DNA of 64,000 bases. Source: Vulcanimicrobiota bacterium (GTDB lineage: Bacteria; Vulcanimicrobiota; Vulcanimicrobiia; Eremiobacterales; Eremiobacteraceae). Positions 9,682 to 18,217 of the stretch are shown here, piece after piece. The DNA lies in NCBI GenBank assembly GCA_963812135.1, contig CAWETU010000005.1, positions 192,001 through 256,000 on the forward strand. The letters run 5' to 3'. The notes under the pieces were generated by a model. That model saw only the letters and a program-made list of their open reading frames with translations, had not been told where the DNA came from and ran no database searches. Numbering within the stretch: the first letter of the stretch is position 1; each line of letters opens with the position of its first letter. Both the position numbers and the translations under genes were made by a program.

Positions 9682-10439
9682 GGAGACACCTCTTCAACGT
9701 CGAACGAGCGCTGGAAAATGGGCTTGCGCCGTTCGAGAAACGCATTGATCCCTTCGGCAGCGTCCAGGGTGGGCAGCAAATCCCGCAGATAGATATGCAG
9801 CGCGTCTTCCGTGGCGGCGGCGCCGAGTGCGCGTTTGCAACAACGCAGCGCATCGGCGGAGAGCGCGAGCAGGGCGTCACACAATGTTTGCGCAGCCTCA
9901 GCAAGCCGCTCGGCCGGCACCGCCTCGCAAACGATGCCCCATAGCTCGGCCGTTGCAGCATCGATGGGACGTCCGGTAAAGATGAGTTCGGCGGCGCGGC
10001 GCTCCCCGATGACCTGAGCCAGCCGTCCGCACGCGATCGGCGGTAGAGCGGCGAGCTTGATCTCAGGCAGCGAGAACGTCGCTCGATGCGAGCAGACGGC
10101 TAGATCGCAGAGCAACACCAACTCGAAGCCGCCGCCGATGGCCGGCGCGCCGACCTTCGCAACGGTGACCGGAGCCGCCACCTCGAAAGCGGCCGCCATG
10201 TCCCCGACGGCATTCAACATCGCGGGCGCGCGGTCGGGCAGATGGTCGGCGATCTCCATGCCCGCGCAGAAGGCGCGTTCGCCCTCGGCCTCGAGCAGTA
10301 CGACGGCGCAATCGTCCAGCTGACGGATTGCCTGGTCGAGGCTTCGCACGTCAGCGATATCGAGCACGTTGAGCGGACCGGCGTGCAGCGTGATCCGGCC
10401 CAAATCGCCCTCGCGTTTGACGGCAATACGATCGCTCAT
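9678..10439 (-). CDS. dch: Enoyl-CoA hydratase, probable cyclohexa-1,5-diene-1-carbonyl-CoA hydratase
   Basis: PLNVLD, DHLP, GGGFEL, PEIKL, YLRDLLPTLDAAEGINAFLERR; operon context. Confidence 0.72.
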   Translation of the reverse strand: MSDRIAVKREGDLGRITLHAGPLNVLDIADVRSLDQAIRQLDDCAVVLLEAEGERAFCAGMEIADHLPDRAPAMLNAVGDMAAAFEVAAPVTVAKVGAPAIGGGFELVLLCDLAVCSHRATFSLPEIKLAALPPIACGRLAQVIGERRAAELIFTGRPIDAATAELWGIVCEAVPAERLAEAAQTLCDALLALSADALRCCKRALGAAATEDALHIYLRDLLPTLDAAEGINAFLERRKPIFQRSFDVEEVSP

Positions 10440-11035
10440 GCGACGACCTCCGTCGCACGCGGCGACGTGATGATGCCGCGCATGAACAGGTCGCACATCT
10501 GACCGGCGATTCCGGCGACATCTGCACTCCCATCAGCGCGATGCCACATGGGAGTCCAGTTCATCATCCCGAAGAGCGCGGCGGTCGCCACGCGTGATGA
10601 GACGGAGGACGGCTGCTCCTGCGCGACCGCGATGACGAGATCCGATGCGCGGGCGAAGTAGCGGCGTCGCCGCTCCTGAATAGCGCCACGGGCCGGGCCT
10701 TCAAGTGAATCTATGCCCCAGAGCAAAACGCGGAACGCTGAGGGGTGCTCGAACACAAAACGCAGGTGGCCGCGAACGAAGGCGCGCAGCTTCGCCTCTG
10801 GCGTCGACGGTGACGCGATCGAGCGATCGAGCGATTCGCTCAATGCGACGAACGCGCGCGTGCAGATCAGTTCGAGGGCGTGCTGCTTGCTGGGGAGATA
10901 GTAATAGAGTCCCGCGATGCTCATGTGGGCGGCTCGCGCGATGTCGCGCATGCTCGCGCCGCCATACCCTCTTCGTGCGAACACCGCCTCGGCGGCATCG
11001 AGCGCCACGCTTAGTCGCCGATCAAATCCCGTCAT
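10436..11035 (-). CDS. TetR/AcrR family regulator (KstR2/PaaR-like C-terminus)
   Basis: N-terminal HTH (ASMRDIA...GLYYY); GMMNWTPMW C-terminal motif. Confidence 0.9.
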   Translation of the reverse strand: MTGFDRRLSVALDAAEAVFARRGYGGASMRDIARAAHMSIAGLYYYLPSKQHALELICTRAFVALSESLDRSIASPSTPEAKLRAFVRGHLRFVFEHPSAFRVLLWGIDSLEGPARGAIQERRRRYFARASDLVIAVAQEQPSSVSSRVATAALFGMMNWTPMWHRADGSADVAGIAGQMCDLFMRGIITSPRATEVVA

Positions 11036-11052
11036 CCCACGCCTGCGCTTTC

Positions 11053-11072
11053 GTTCGAGCGTTCGTTCGAAC
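11053..11072. promoter_or_regulatory. Imperfect inverted repeat, candidate TetR operator
   Basis: GTTCGAGCG-TT-CGTTCGAAC directly downstream of the predicted -10 box. Confidence 0.55.
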
Positions 11073-11074
11073 TC

Positions 11075-11104
11075 ACCATACGCGATGCGTGGACCGCCTC
11101 ACAA
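11075..11104 (-). promoter_or_regulatory. Promoter of the tetR-bcr operon
   Basis: Minus strand TTGTGA-18 nt-TATGGT. Confidence 0.5.
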
Positions 11105-11124
11105 GAGGCAGATGAGCGGCTTAT

Positions 11125-11784
11125 CTAATGCAGATGCACTAGGCCGCTCTTGAGCGCCAGCACAACCGCTTCGACGCGCGTGTGGACGCCGAGCTTGGGC
11201 AAGATGTTCTGGACGTGGTTTCGCACGGTGCTGCGCGAAAGGTTGAGCCGCTGGGCGATGTCGTCAGTGCCCACCCCGGCTGCGAGCAGCCGGAGCACCT
11301 CGATCTCCCGACGCGACAGCGTCTCGTTGATGTGGCGCAGCGCGGCGTCGTCGGCGCGTCGCTCCGGGGCCGCCTCGGTCAGGCGCCGCGTCACTTCCGC
11401 GGCCACGCCGGCGAGATGCTTCGCAGACACGCTTTCGGTAAGCACGTGCACGGCGAGCGGCCGCTCGTCCTCGATGGTGACCGTCGTGACGTCCAGCCAA
11501 ACGTCCGACCCGTCTGGGCGGCGGGCAACCATCTCAAAGCGACGCGGTGCCGTCCCTTGCCGGCATAGCGCGACGACCGCGCAATCCGGACCGCACAAAG
11601 GTGCGCCCGCAGGCGTCAAGCCGTGCATCACCTCATGGCAGTGCCTGCCCACGGCTTCTCCAGCTGGCCGACCGAGAAGACGTTCCGCCGCATCGTTCCA
11701 CGACACGACGATACCCGCTTCGTCGATCGCGACGGTCGCCTCGGGGCTGGCGCCTAGCTTCACGCGCATGCGAGCCTGTGCCAC
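11125..11784 (-). CDS. PAS domain + LuxR HTH transcriptional regulator
   Basis: IVVSWNDAAERLLG PAS motif; LSRREIEVLRLLAAG...STVRNHVQNILPKLGV LuxR HTH. Confidence 0.88.
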   Translation of the reverse strand: MAQARMRVKLGASPEATVAIDEAGIVVSWNDAAERLLGRPAGEAVGRHCHEVMHGLTPAGAPLCGPDCAVVALCRQGTAPRRFEMVARRPDGSDVWLDVTTVTIEDERPLAVHVLTESVSAKHLAGVAAEVTRRLTEAAPERRADDAALRHINETLSRREIEVLRLLAAGVGTDDIAQRLNLSRSTVRNHVQNILPKLGVHTRVEAVVLALKSGLVHLH

Positions 11785-11791
11785 TCCCTCT

Positions 11792-12250
11792 TCAAAGATA
11801 GTGGAGCACCAGCATTTCGGCCACGCACGCTGGTTTCACTTCACTTTCGCGCTCGACCGTCGCGAGAATCCGCACGCGCACACCGCGGGGCACTTCGGCG
11901 ACCTCCACGAGTTTGAACGTGACGCGCAGGCGAGACGGGATCAGCACAGGCGCGGGAAAGCGTACACGCTCGAGGCCGTAGATCACGGCAGAAGTGAAAC
12001 CTTCGACCTGCGCGACGGAATGCCAAAACTGCGGAATGAGCGAGAGCGTGAGTAGACCGTGCGCGACGGTGCTGCCGAAGGGACTCATCTTCGCTCGGCC
12101 CGTGTCGACGTGGATCCATTGGGTGTCGCCCGTCGCACGGGCGAAGTCGTCAACGCGGCGCTGATCGATCCCGAGCCACTCACTGGGCGCGAGCGATTGC
12201 CCCGCGAGCGCCTTGAACCCCTCAACGCCGCGAATCGTCGTCACGGGCAC
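11792..12250 (-). CDS. MaoC family (R)-specific enoyl-CoA hydratase/dehydratase
   Basis: FARATGDTQWIHVD, AHGLLTLSL, YGLERVRFPAPV; start may be the GTG at 12244. Confidence 0.9.
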   Translation of the reverse strand: MPVTTIRGVEGFKALAGQSLAPSEWLGIDQRRVDDFARATGDTQWIHVDTGRAKMSPFGSTVAHGLLTLSLIPQFWHSVAQVEGFTSAVIYGLERVRFPAPVLIPSRLRVTFKLVEVAEVPRGVRVRILATVERESEVKPACVAEMLVLHYL

Positions 12251-12285
12251 TCGTCCGCGACGGAGAGCGCTTCTTCCTGTGAAGC

Positions 12286-13725
12286 CTAGCCGGACGCCGG
12301 ACCAGGCGTCGGATTCACCGGCAAGAGGATCGGCGCTCGCGGCGTCTGGTTGAAATCGAACTCGCTGAGCAGATTGCCGAGCTGTGACGCGTTCTCACGC
12401 ACATCGGGTCGCCGATCGGGCCGTCCATCGGTGCGCGGGTCGATGCGCGCGGCGTTGAGAAAATCGTCTTCGATGAACTTCAAATAGGCATCGAAGCTCA
12501 GCGTTTGATGATCGATATAGCCGCGCCGCGCGTACGGGCTGATGAGCATGGCGGGCACGCGTAGGCCATAGCCGTTCTGATCAACCTGCGGCGGCGCGAC
12601 GTGATCGTAAAAACCGCCCCAATCATCCCACGCGAGGAAGATCGCGGTGCTGTTCCAATCCGGACTGCGCATGGCAGCGTTGATGACGCCGGTGACATAG
12701 GATTGGCCGGCGCTGACAAGTGCTGGCGGATGCTCGCTCACCGCGCCATCGGGCACGACCCATGATACCGCCGGCAGCGTACCCGCCTTCGCTGCGGAGT
12801 AGAAATTTGAAATGTCCTCGACGTTGCCAAGCTCGCCATCCTGCTTGACCGTGTCGAACCACGGCAGCGGGTTCCAGATCTGCGGTACCTTGCGCGTCTG
12901 CGGCTGCGGCGAACAGAACATTTGGTCGTCGGCGCAGTCGGGTTGCGTGCCCTGCGCGAGGTAGTACGCCCACGAGATGTGGTTCTTGTGCAGCAGGTAG
13001 GTGAGGTCCGTCCACGCATAGTCCGGCTGCGCGCCGCCACCACGGGCGGTCAGACGTTGCGGGCTCTGCAACTCGTTCACACAGCTCATGGGATCGGATG
13101 ATGCGCAGCGCGCGGACCAGCCCGAGACCATGAACAGGTGTTCCGGCAAGCTCCAGGACGAGTTGGGTTCGAACATGTGGTCTTGCAGCACGAAGTCTCG
13201 CGCGTACTGCCAGTAGTTGGGGATCTCGCGCGCGTCGTGATATCCCATCACATCCGGCTGTGCGCCGCCACCACAATTCGGATCGAACGCGCCTCGGCAA
13301 TGGCCTCTCCCACCGCGCTGCTGCTGGGCGATGAAGCCGTCCATCCTTCCGCCGTCCACATCGGCCGCCGAGTTCGACGCTCCGTGCGGCCCGCCGCTGT
13401 TGCGATCCGCGGCGTCGTGGAAGGGCTGCACGCAACCGCCGCGTTGCGGATCCGGCACGCAAGCCGCAAACGTGCCGCTGCCCGTTCTCGGAAGCCCGTC
13501 AGCGCCGGGGTACGTGCCGAAGTAGCTGTCGAACGACCGGTTCTCTTGCATGATGATGATGACGTGCTTGATCTTGTGGATGTCGCCGGGCGCGGCGGTC
13601 GCCGGCTGGCCGTGCAACGGAGCGGCCATCAGCCCGGCGAGCAGCAACATCGCGAAGTAGGCGGACAGCAAAACGCCTTTCCACCGGAACCATGAATAGT
13701 TGAGCTGGGCAACGAGCAAGAGCAT
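12286..13725 (-). CDS. Secreted phosphoesterase / phospholipase C family protein
   Basis: [40 protein letters not shown]; signal-peptide-like N-terminus. Confidence 0.9.
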   Translation of the reverse strand: MLLLVAQLNYSWFRWKGVLLSAYFAMLLLAGLMAAPLHGQPATAAPGDIHKIKHVIIIMQENRSFDSYFGTYPGADGLPRTGSGTFAACVPDPQRGGCVQPFHDAADRNSGGPHGASNSAADVDGGRMDGFIAQQQRGGRGHCRGAFDPNCGGGAQPDVMGYHDAREIPNYWQYARDFVLQDHMFEPNSSWSLPEHLFMVSGWSARCASSDPMSCVNELQSPQRLTARGGGAQPDYAWTDLTYLLHKNHISWAYYLAQGTQPDCADDQMFCSPQPQTRKVPQIWNPLPWFDTVKQDGELGNVEDISNFYSAAKAGTLPAVSWVVPDGAVSEHPPALVSAGQSYVTGVINAAMRSPDWNSTAIFLAWDDWGGFYDHVAPPQVDQNGYGLRVPAMLISPYARRGYIDHQTLSFDAYLKFIEDDFLNAARIDPRTDGRPDRRPDVRENASQLGNLLSEFDFNQTPRAPILLPVNPTPGPASG

Positions 13726-13819
13726 GTCCCTTTTGTTGTACTAGAAATAGGCTCTGTGCCGGGTTAAGCCGGAGTGAGAGGCCCCTGACGCGCGAGTGAG
13801 AGATCGCTCATATAAGACA

Positions 13820-13847
13820 GAGGCCCGGCGCTTTCGCGCCGGGCCTC
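13820..13847 (-). terminator. Hairpin, probable terminator of the 13867..14376 gene
   Basis: Perfect 12-bp stem GAGGCCCGGCGC / GCGCCGGGCCTC followed by TGTCTTAT on the minus strand. Confidence 0.65.
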
Positions 13848-13866
13848 GTCGCTGGTATGACTGGCG

Positions 13867-14376
13867 TCACAGCCAGGTCGGCTTCTTACCGGACGTGTTG
13901 CCGCAGTAGTACATGTGATCTTCGTGTGACACGTACCATGCGTGGATGTCGTAGTGAGGGACTTCGTAGCCGGGATGGCCGTGCGGTTCGAACCAGATAT
14001 CGACGTGATCGATCTTCTGACCCGGGAGCGGCTTCAGCTGTTCATTCCAACTCATGCCGTTTTCAAATGAGGTTTTTGCGACCATGATCTCGGTGAAGAT
14101 GGGCTTGCCATTATACCACCCATAGATCGGGCCGAATGGCAGCGTGCCAGGAACGGCATAATGGAAGCCCATCGTTGGGATGCAGCCCATCACTGGGACC
14201 ACGTTGGCTGGCAACCCAGGCGGGTGAGGCTGACCGGGCGTCATCATCATTTTGTATACTGCGGGTGTCATGCCGGGCGGTAACGCCGGTGGTTTGGCCG
14301 TATCGGCCTTCACTGTCGCTGTGACCAGCACGACGAGCGCGGCTACCGCGAGCGTTTTGAGAAAGGTCGAACGCAT
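13867..14376 (-). CDS. Secreted hypothetical protein, DUF5602-like, His-rich
   Basis: Signal peptide; MGFHY, GPIYG, HGHPGYEVPHYDIH; RBS GGGAGG. Confidence 0.7.
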   Translation of the reverse strand: MRSTFLKTLAVAALVVLVTATVKADTAKPPALPPGMTPAVYKMMMTPGQPHPPGLPANVVPVMGCIPTMGFHYAVPGTLPFGPIYGWYNGKPIFTEIMVAKTSFENGMSWNEQLKPLPGQKIDHVDIWFEPHGHPGYEVPHYDIHAWYVSHEDHMYYCGNTSGKKPTWL

Positions 14377-14503
14377 TCATATCCTCCCACGTGTAAGTGT
14401 TGAAACATCAGAACCCGACTGACTACAAAAGGTCGTCAGCCGGCATTGGTGCTTTGGATAGTCGTTCGACCCAGGACGCGAATACCCCGCGCTGGTGCGC
14501 GAA

Positions 14504-15340
14504 CTAGTGGCGCGCCGTGAGCACGAACCGTTCAATCGCCAACATTGTCGGATCGCCCGGGCTGCTCAAGCCCTCGATGATGTCCCAGTGCGAGCGGTCG
14601 GCAGGCTCGAGATCCTGGACCGAGTCACCCGCCGCTTTGAGCTGGTCGTAGAGCTGGCGCGCGATGGCTTCGGGTGCCATCGTGTCGAGCCGGCCATGGA
14701 TCACAAGAGACGGCGGCTCGTGACCGCGCAGTCGCGGCTGGATATCGAAACGCCACCATTGCGTGCGGTCAGCGCCGAACGCGGGATCGTAAATGCCTTG
14801 ATAACGCGGATCGAGCGCGCTGACGTCGCTCGATGGATTGATGCCGACGGGCGCGATCGCGACGATGCCGGCGATGTGCGTGCGTGCGACAAACCCGTTG
14901 ACGATAGCGAACCACGCGAGCTGCGCGCCCGCTGAGTGGCCCACGAGGAACGTGCGCGCCGGATCGAATCCGAAATCGCTCGCGCGTCCGGCAAGCCAAC
15001 GTATCGCCGCTGCCACCTTCTCTGCCTGTTGCGCCGCGGGTGTCTGCGGCGCGAGCGGATAGTTGACGATCGCGGCGGCGATCCCACAGCGTGCGAACGC
15101 CCGCCCAAGCTTTTCGTAGTCGCTCTTGTTGCCGCCGACCCATGCGCCGCCGTGGATGTAGATCACAAGCGGACCGCCGCGCGCGCCGTGCGGCAAATAC
15201 AGGTCGAGCGCTTCGAATTCTCGGTCGTCGCCGTATGCGTGGCTCGCCGCGTCGACCTGGTACGCCGCGTTCGGACAAGGCGATGAAGCCGGACCGCTAC
15301 CGATGGCCATCGCGGCGATCCACAGCCACGCCGCGATCAC
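14504..15340 (-). CDS. Alpha/beta hydrolase (HSL-like esterase)
   Basis: HGGAW, GHSAG nucleophile, HGRLD, SH catalytic His. Confidence 0.88.
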   Translation of the reverse strand: MIAAWLWIAAMAIGSGPASSPCPNAAYQVDAASHAYGDDREFEALDLYLPHGARGGPLVIYIHGGAWVGGNKSDYEKLGRAFARCGIAAAIVNYPLAPQTPAAQQAEKVAAAIRWLAGRASDFGFDPARTFLVGHSAGAQLAWFAIVNGFVARTHIAGIVAIAPVGINPSSDVSALDPRYQGIYDPAFGADRTQWWRFDIQPRLRGHEPPSLVIHGRLDTMAPEAIARQLYDQLKAAGDSVQDLEPADRSHWDIIEGLSSPGDPTMLAIERFVLTARH

Positions 15341-16203
15341 GCGCCCGAGACGAAGTGCGCGATCGCCGTCAGCACCGGATCATCCGGATCGCGCGTCATG
15401 TCGACGAGCACACCGCTATAGTCGTGACCGTCAGGCTGGAGGTAGGTCACGTTGTCGTGCGCGCGCGTGAGGTCCGCGACCAGCGCTTGCGACGCGGCAG
15501 CGCTTGAGAGATAGTCGTCCACGCCATGCACCACGAGGAAGCGCGGTTCGCCGCCCTTGAGGAATTGATTGCAGTCGTATTGCTTCCATTGCGAGGGATC
15601 GGCCCCGAACGCCATCGCGTATGAGCGGTAACGCGGATCTGACGGCGCGGCGGCGGCTTGCGACGGCTCGTAGCCCTCGCCTTCAAGCGCGATGACGCCG
15701 GCTATTCCTCCGGCGGGTACTCCGGCTCCCGCCAGGAGCTTTTGATCGACCGCCGCGAGCGTCGCGAGCTGCGCACCGGCGCCGTGGCCCATCACGAATA
15801 CCTTGGTGCGCGCATAGCCTTTTGCGGCCGCTTTGTCGAGCACCCATTTGACAGCTTTGTCGATGTCCGCGGCCTCCGCGTCAGCGCGCGCTTGCGGCGA
15901 GAGCGGATAGTTCAGCGCGACAAACGCGATGCCGCACGCTGCGAACGTCTCGCCGAGCGTGCGATATTGCGACTTGTCGCCGCGCGTCCATCCGCCGCCG
16001 TGCACGAACAGGATCACGGGCTCGTTGCTCGTCGTCGCCGGCAGGTAGGCGTCCAAGGCCTCGAAGTTGGTGTCTGCGCCGTACACCGCGCTCGAGGTCT
16101 GCACCGCGTGCGCGGGCGTCGGGCATGGCGCTGCGCCGACGCGCGTCGCGGTCATCCCCACGACGCCTGCTGCGACGCATACGACGATACCGACATATCT
16201 CAT
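15337..16203 (-). CDS. Alpha/beta hydrolase fold protein lacking the catalytic Ser
   Basis: HGGGW present, but GHGAG replaces GxSxG. Confidence 0.85.
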   Translation of the reverse strand: MRYVGIVVCVAAGVVGMTATRVGAAPCPTPAHAVQTSSAVYGADTNFEALDAYLPATTSNEPVILFVHGGGWTRGDKSQYRTLGETFAACGIAFVALNYPLSPQARADAEAADIDKAVKWVLDKAAAKGYARTKVFVMGHGAGAQLATLAAVDQKLLAGAGVPAGGIAGVIALEGEGYEPSQAAAAPSDPRYRSYAMAFGADPSQWKQYDCNQFLKGGEPRFLVVHGVDDYLSSAAASQALVADLTRAHDNVTYLQPDGHDYSGVLVDMTRDPDDPVLTAIAHFVSGA

Positions 16204-16261
16204 ACGGTCTATTGTAGCCGTAGTAGGCGCGGCACGGCAAGCGCGCGAATTGGCACGCGCT

Positions 16262-16939
16262 GTGTTCTACTTCGATCCGACCTACTTCATCTACATGTTA
16301 CCCGCATTGCTCTTCGGCATGTGGGCACAGTGGCGGGTGTCAAGCTCGTACAACCGCTACTCGCGGGTGCCCACCGCCAGCGGCATCACCGGCGAGCAGG
16401 CTGCCGCGCTGCTGATGCAACGCACCGGCTACACCTTCGGCATCGCGCACATCCCCGGCATGCTGACCGACTACTACGATCCCAGCAAGAAGACCATGTT
16501 CTTGTCGGAGAGCTCTGTTCAGAACTCGGTCGCTTCGGTGGCGGTCGTCGCGCACGAGTTCGGCCATGGCGCGCAAGACGTCGAAGGCTACATGCCGATG
16601 CGGCTGCGCGGCGCGATCGTGCCGGCCGTCAAGGTCGGCTCCTGGGTCGGACCCATCGTGTTCATCATCGGGCTAGCGCTTTCGATCACCCAGCTCGCGT
16701 GGGCGGGCATCATCTTGTTCAGCGCCGCCGCGGTGTTCGCGATCGTGACCTTGCCGGTCGAGCTCAATGCGAGCCACCGCGCGCTCTACTATCTCAACAG
16801 CTTCGGCATTTTGTCCCGCGATGAGCTCCCGGGCGCCCAGGATGTCCTCGGCGCCGCCGCCCTCACCTACCTGGCAGCCATCGCGCAGGTGGTACTCCAG
16901 CTGATGTACTTCATCAGTTTGCTAAGCCGCCGCCGCTAA
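16262..16939 (+). CDS. Zinc metallopeptidase, YugP family
   Basis: LTDYYDP, AVVAHEFGHGAQD, TLPVELNAS, AAALTY. Confidence 0.9.
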   Translation: MFYFDPTYFIYMLPALLFGMWAQWRVSSSYNRYSRVPTASGITGEQAAALLMQRTGYTFGIAHIPGMLTDYYDPSKKTMFLSESSVQNSVASVAVVAHEFGHGAQDVEGYMPMRLRGAIVPAVKVGSWVGPIVFIIGLALSITQLAWAGIILFSAAAVFAIVTLPVELNASHRALYYLNSFGILSRDELPGAQDVLGAAALTYLAAIAQVVLQLMYFISLLSRRR

Positions 16940-17075
16940 GGCGCTGCCGGCCCCGCCAGCCCCCTGCGCGGAGGCGGGATTCTCCGTACCCCGAGACCCC
17001 GAAAGTCCGCGAAACCACCGATTCGGCCAACCCCCTGCGCCCGGTACGATGGGGTCGTAAAGGAGGGCCACGCCC

Positions 17076-17420
17076 ATGTTTCGGTATCCGTCCATCACCG
17101 TCACGTCCTTCGTCGAGCCATTCGACCAGGACTCGGAACTACGCGTCCGCAGCCAGTTCCGCCATCACGTCAAGTTCGGCCGCCGGCTGCACATCATCGA
17201 TCTTGACCAGCTGGATGCTGCTAGCTCGGCCGTCTTCCGCTCGCTGATCATCGCGCTCCGCACGGCACGCCAGGTCGGCGGCGACGTCCGCATCGTCAAC
17301 TCACGGCCAAGCATGCGCCGCGTGCTTGCGCTGACGGGTCTGTCGCGCGTGTTCGGCGTGCACAGCACCGTGCGCGACGCCGTCATGGCGCTGCGCGAAG
17401 AGGCGCTAAAGGCGAGCTAA
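17076..17420 (+). CDS. STAS domain protein (anti-sigma-factor antagonist-like)
   Basis: RBS AAGGAGG; IIDLD...GGDVRIV...RRVLALTGL...HSTVRDA. Confidence 0.8.
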   Translation: MFRYPSITVTSFVEPFDQDSELRVRSQFRHHVKFGRRLHIIDLDQLDAASSAVFRSLIIALRTARQVGGDVRIVNSRPSMRRVLALTGLSRVFGVHSTVRDAVMALREEALKAS

Positions 17421-18217
17421 GGGGTGCGCTTTGGCCAGCGCGGTTTGCGCTTGTCGAGGAACGCTCTGATGCCTTCGTTCGCGTCGGCCATGAGCGCGTT
17501 GAACGTCATGATCTCCTTGGTGTAGGCGTATGCCTTGCGCTCCGACATATCGATCTGGCGATAGAATGCTTCCTTGCCGATCGCCACGACGTTCGGGCTC
17601 GCATCGGCGACGGCCAGAGCGAGTTCCCGCACCGCGTCCTCGAGCTGAGCGGTGGGCACGGCCTTGTTGATGAGCCCTTGCGCGAGCGCTTCCGATGCGG
17701 GGATCGGCTCGCCGGTGAGCAGCATCTCCATCGCCTTCTTGCGCCCGATGGCGCGCGTGAGCGGCACCATTGGCGTCGAGCAGAACAATCCGATCTTGAC
17801 GCCGGGAGTGGCGAACCACGCGGTGTCCGCTGCGACCGCGAGATCGCACGTCGCGACCAGCTGGCAGCCGGCCGCGGTCGCAGGTCCCTGCACTTGCGCG
17901 ATGACCGGTTGCGGGATCTCGTGGATCGTCTCCATGAGCTCGACGCACAGATCGAAGATGCGCTTGTACTCGATGACCGTGCGGTTGACGAGTTCGCTCA
18001 AGTCGTGTCCGGATGAGAAGATGGTGCCGTTGGCTCGCAGGACCACGGCTTTGATATCGAGATTCTTGCTGACTTCGCGCAGCGCCATGACCAGCTGCAG
18101 CATCAGCGCTTCGGACAGGGCATTGCGCTTTTTCGGCCGGTTTAGCGTGATGTACGCGAACTCGCCGTCAAGCTCGAGCAGGACGTCGGCGGTCGGATTG
18201 GTCAGCATCGTCGCCAT
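17417..18217 (-). CDS. Enoyl-CoA hydratase (ECHDC3-like)
   Basis: FSSGHDL, ATAAGCQLVATCDL, TPGVKIGLFCSTP. Confidence 0.9.
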   Translation of the reverse strand: MATMLTNPTADVLLELDGEFAYITLNRPKKRNALSEALMLQLVMALREVSKNLDIKAVVLRANGTIFSSGHDLSELVNRTVIEYKRIFDLCVELMETIHEIPQPVIAQVQGPATAAGCQLVATCDLAVAADTAWFATPGVKIGLFCSTPMVPLTRAIGRKKAMEMLLTGEPIPASEALAQGLINKAVPTAQLEDAVRELALAVADASPNVVAIGKEAFYRQIDMSERKAYAYTKEIMTFNALMADANEGIRAFLDKRKPRWPKRTP

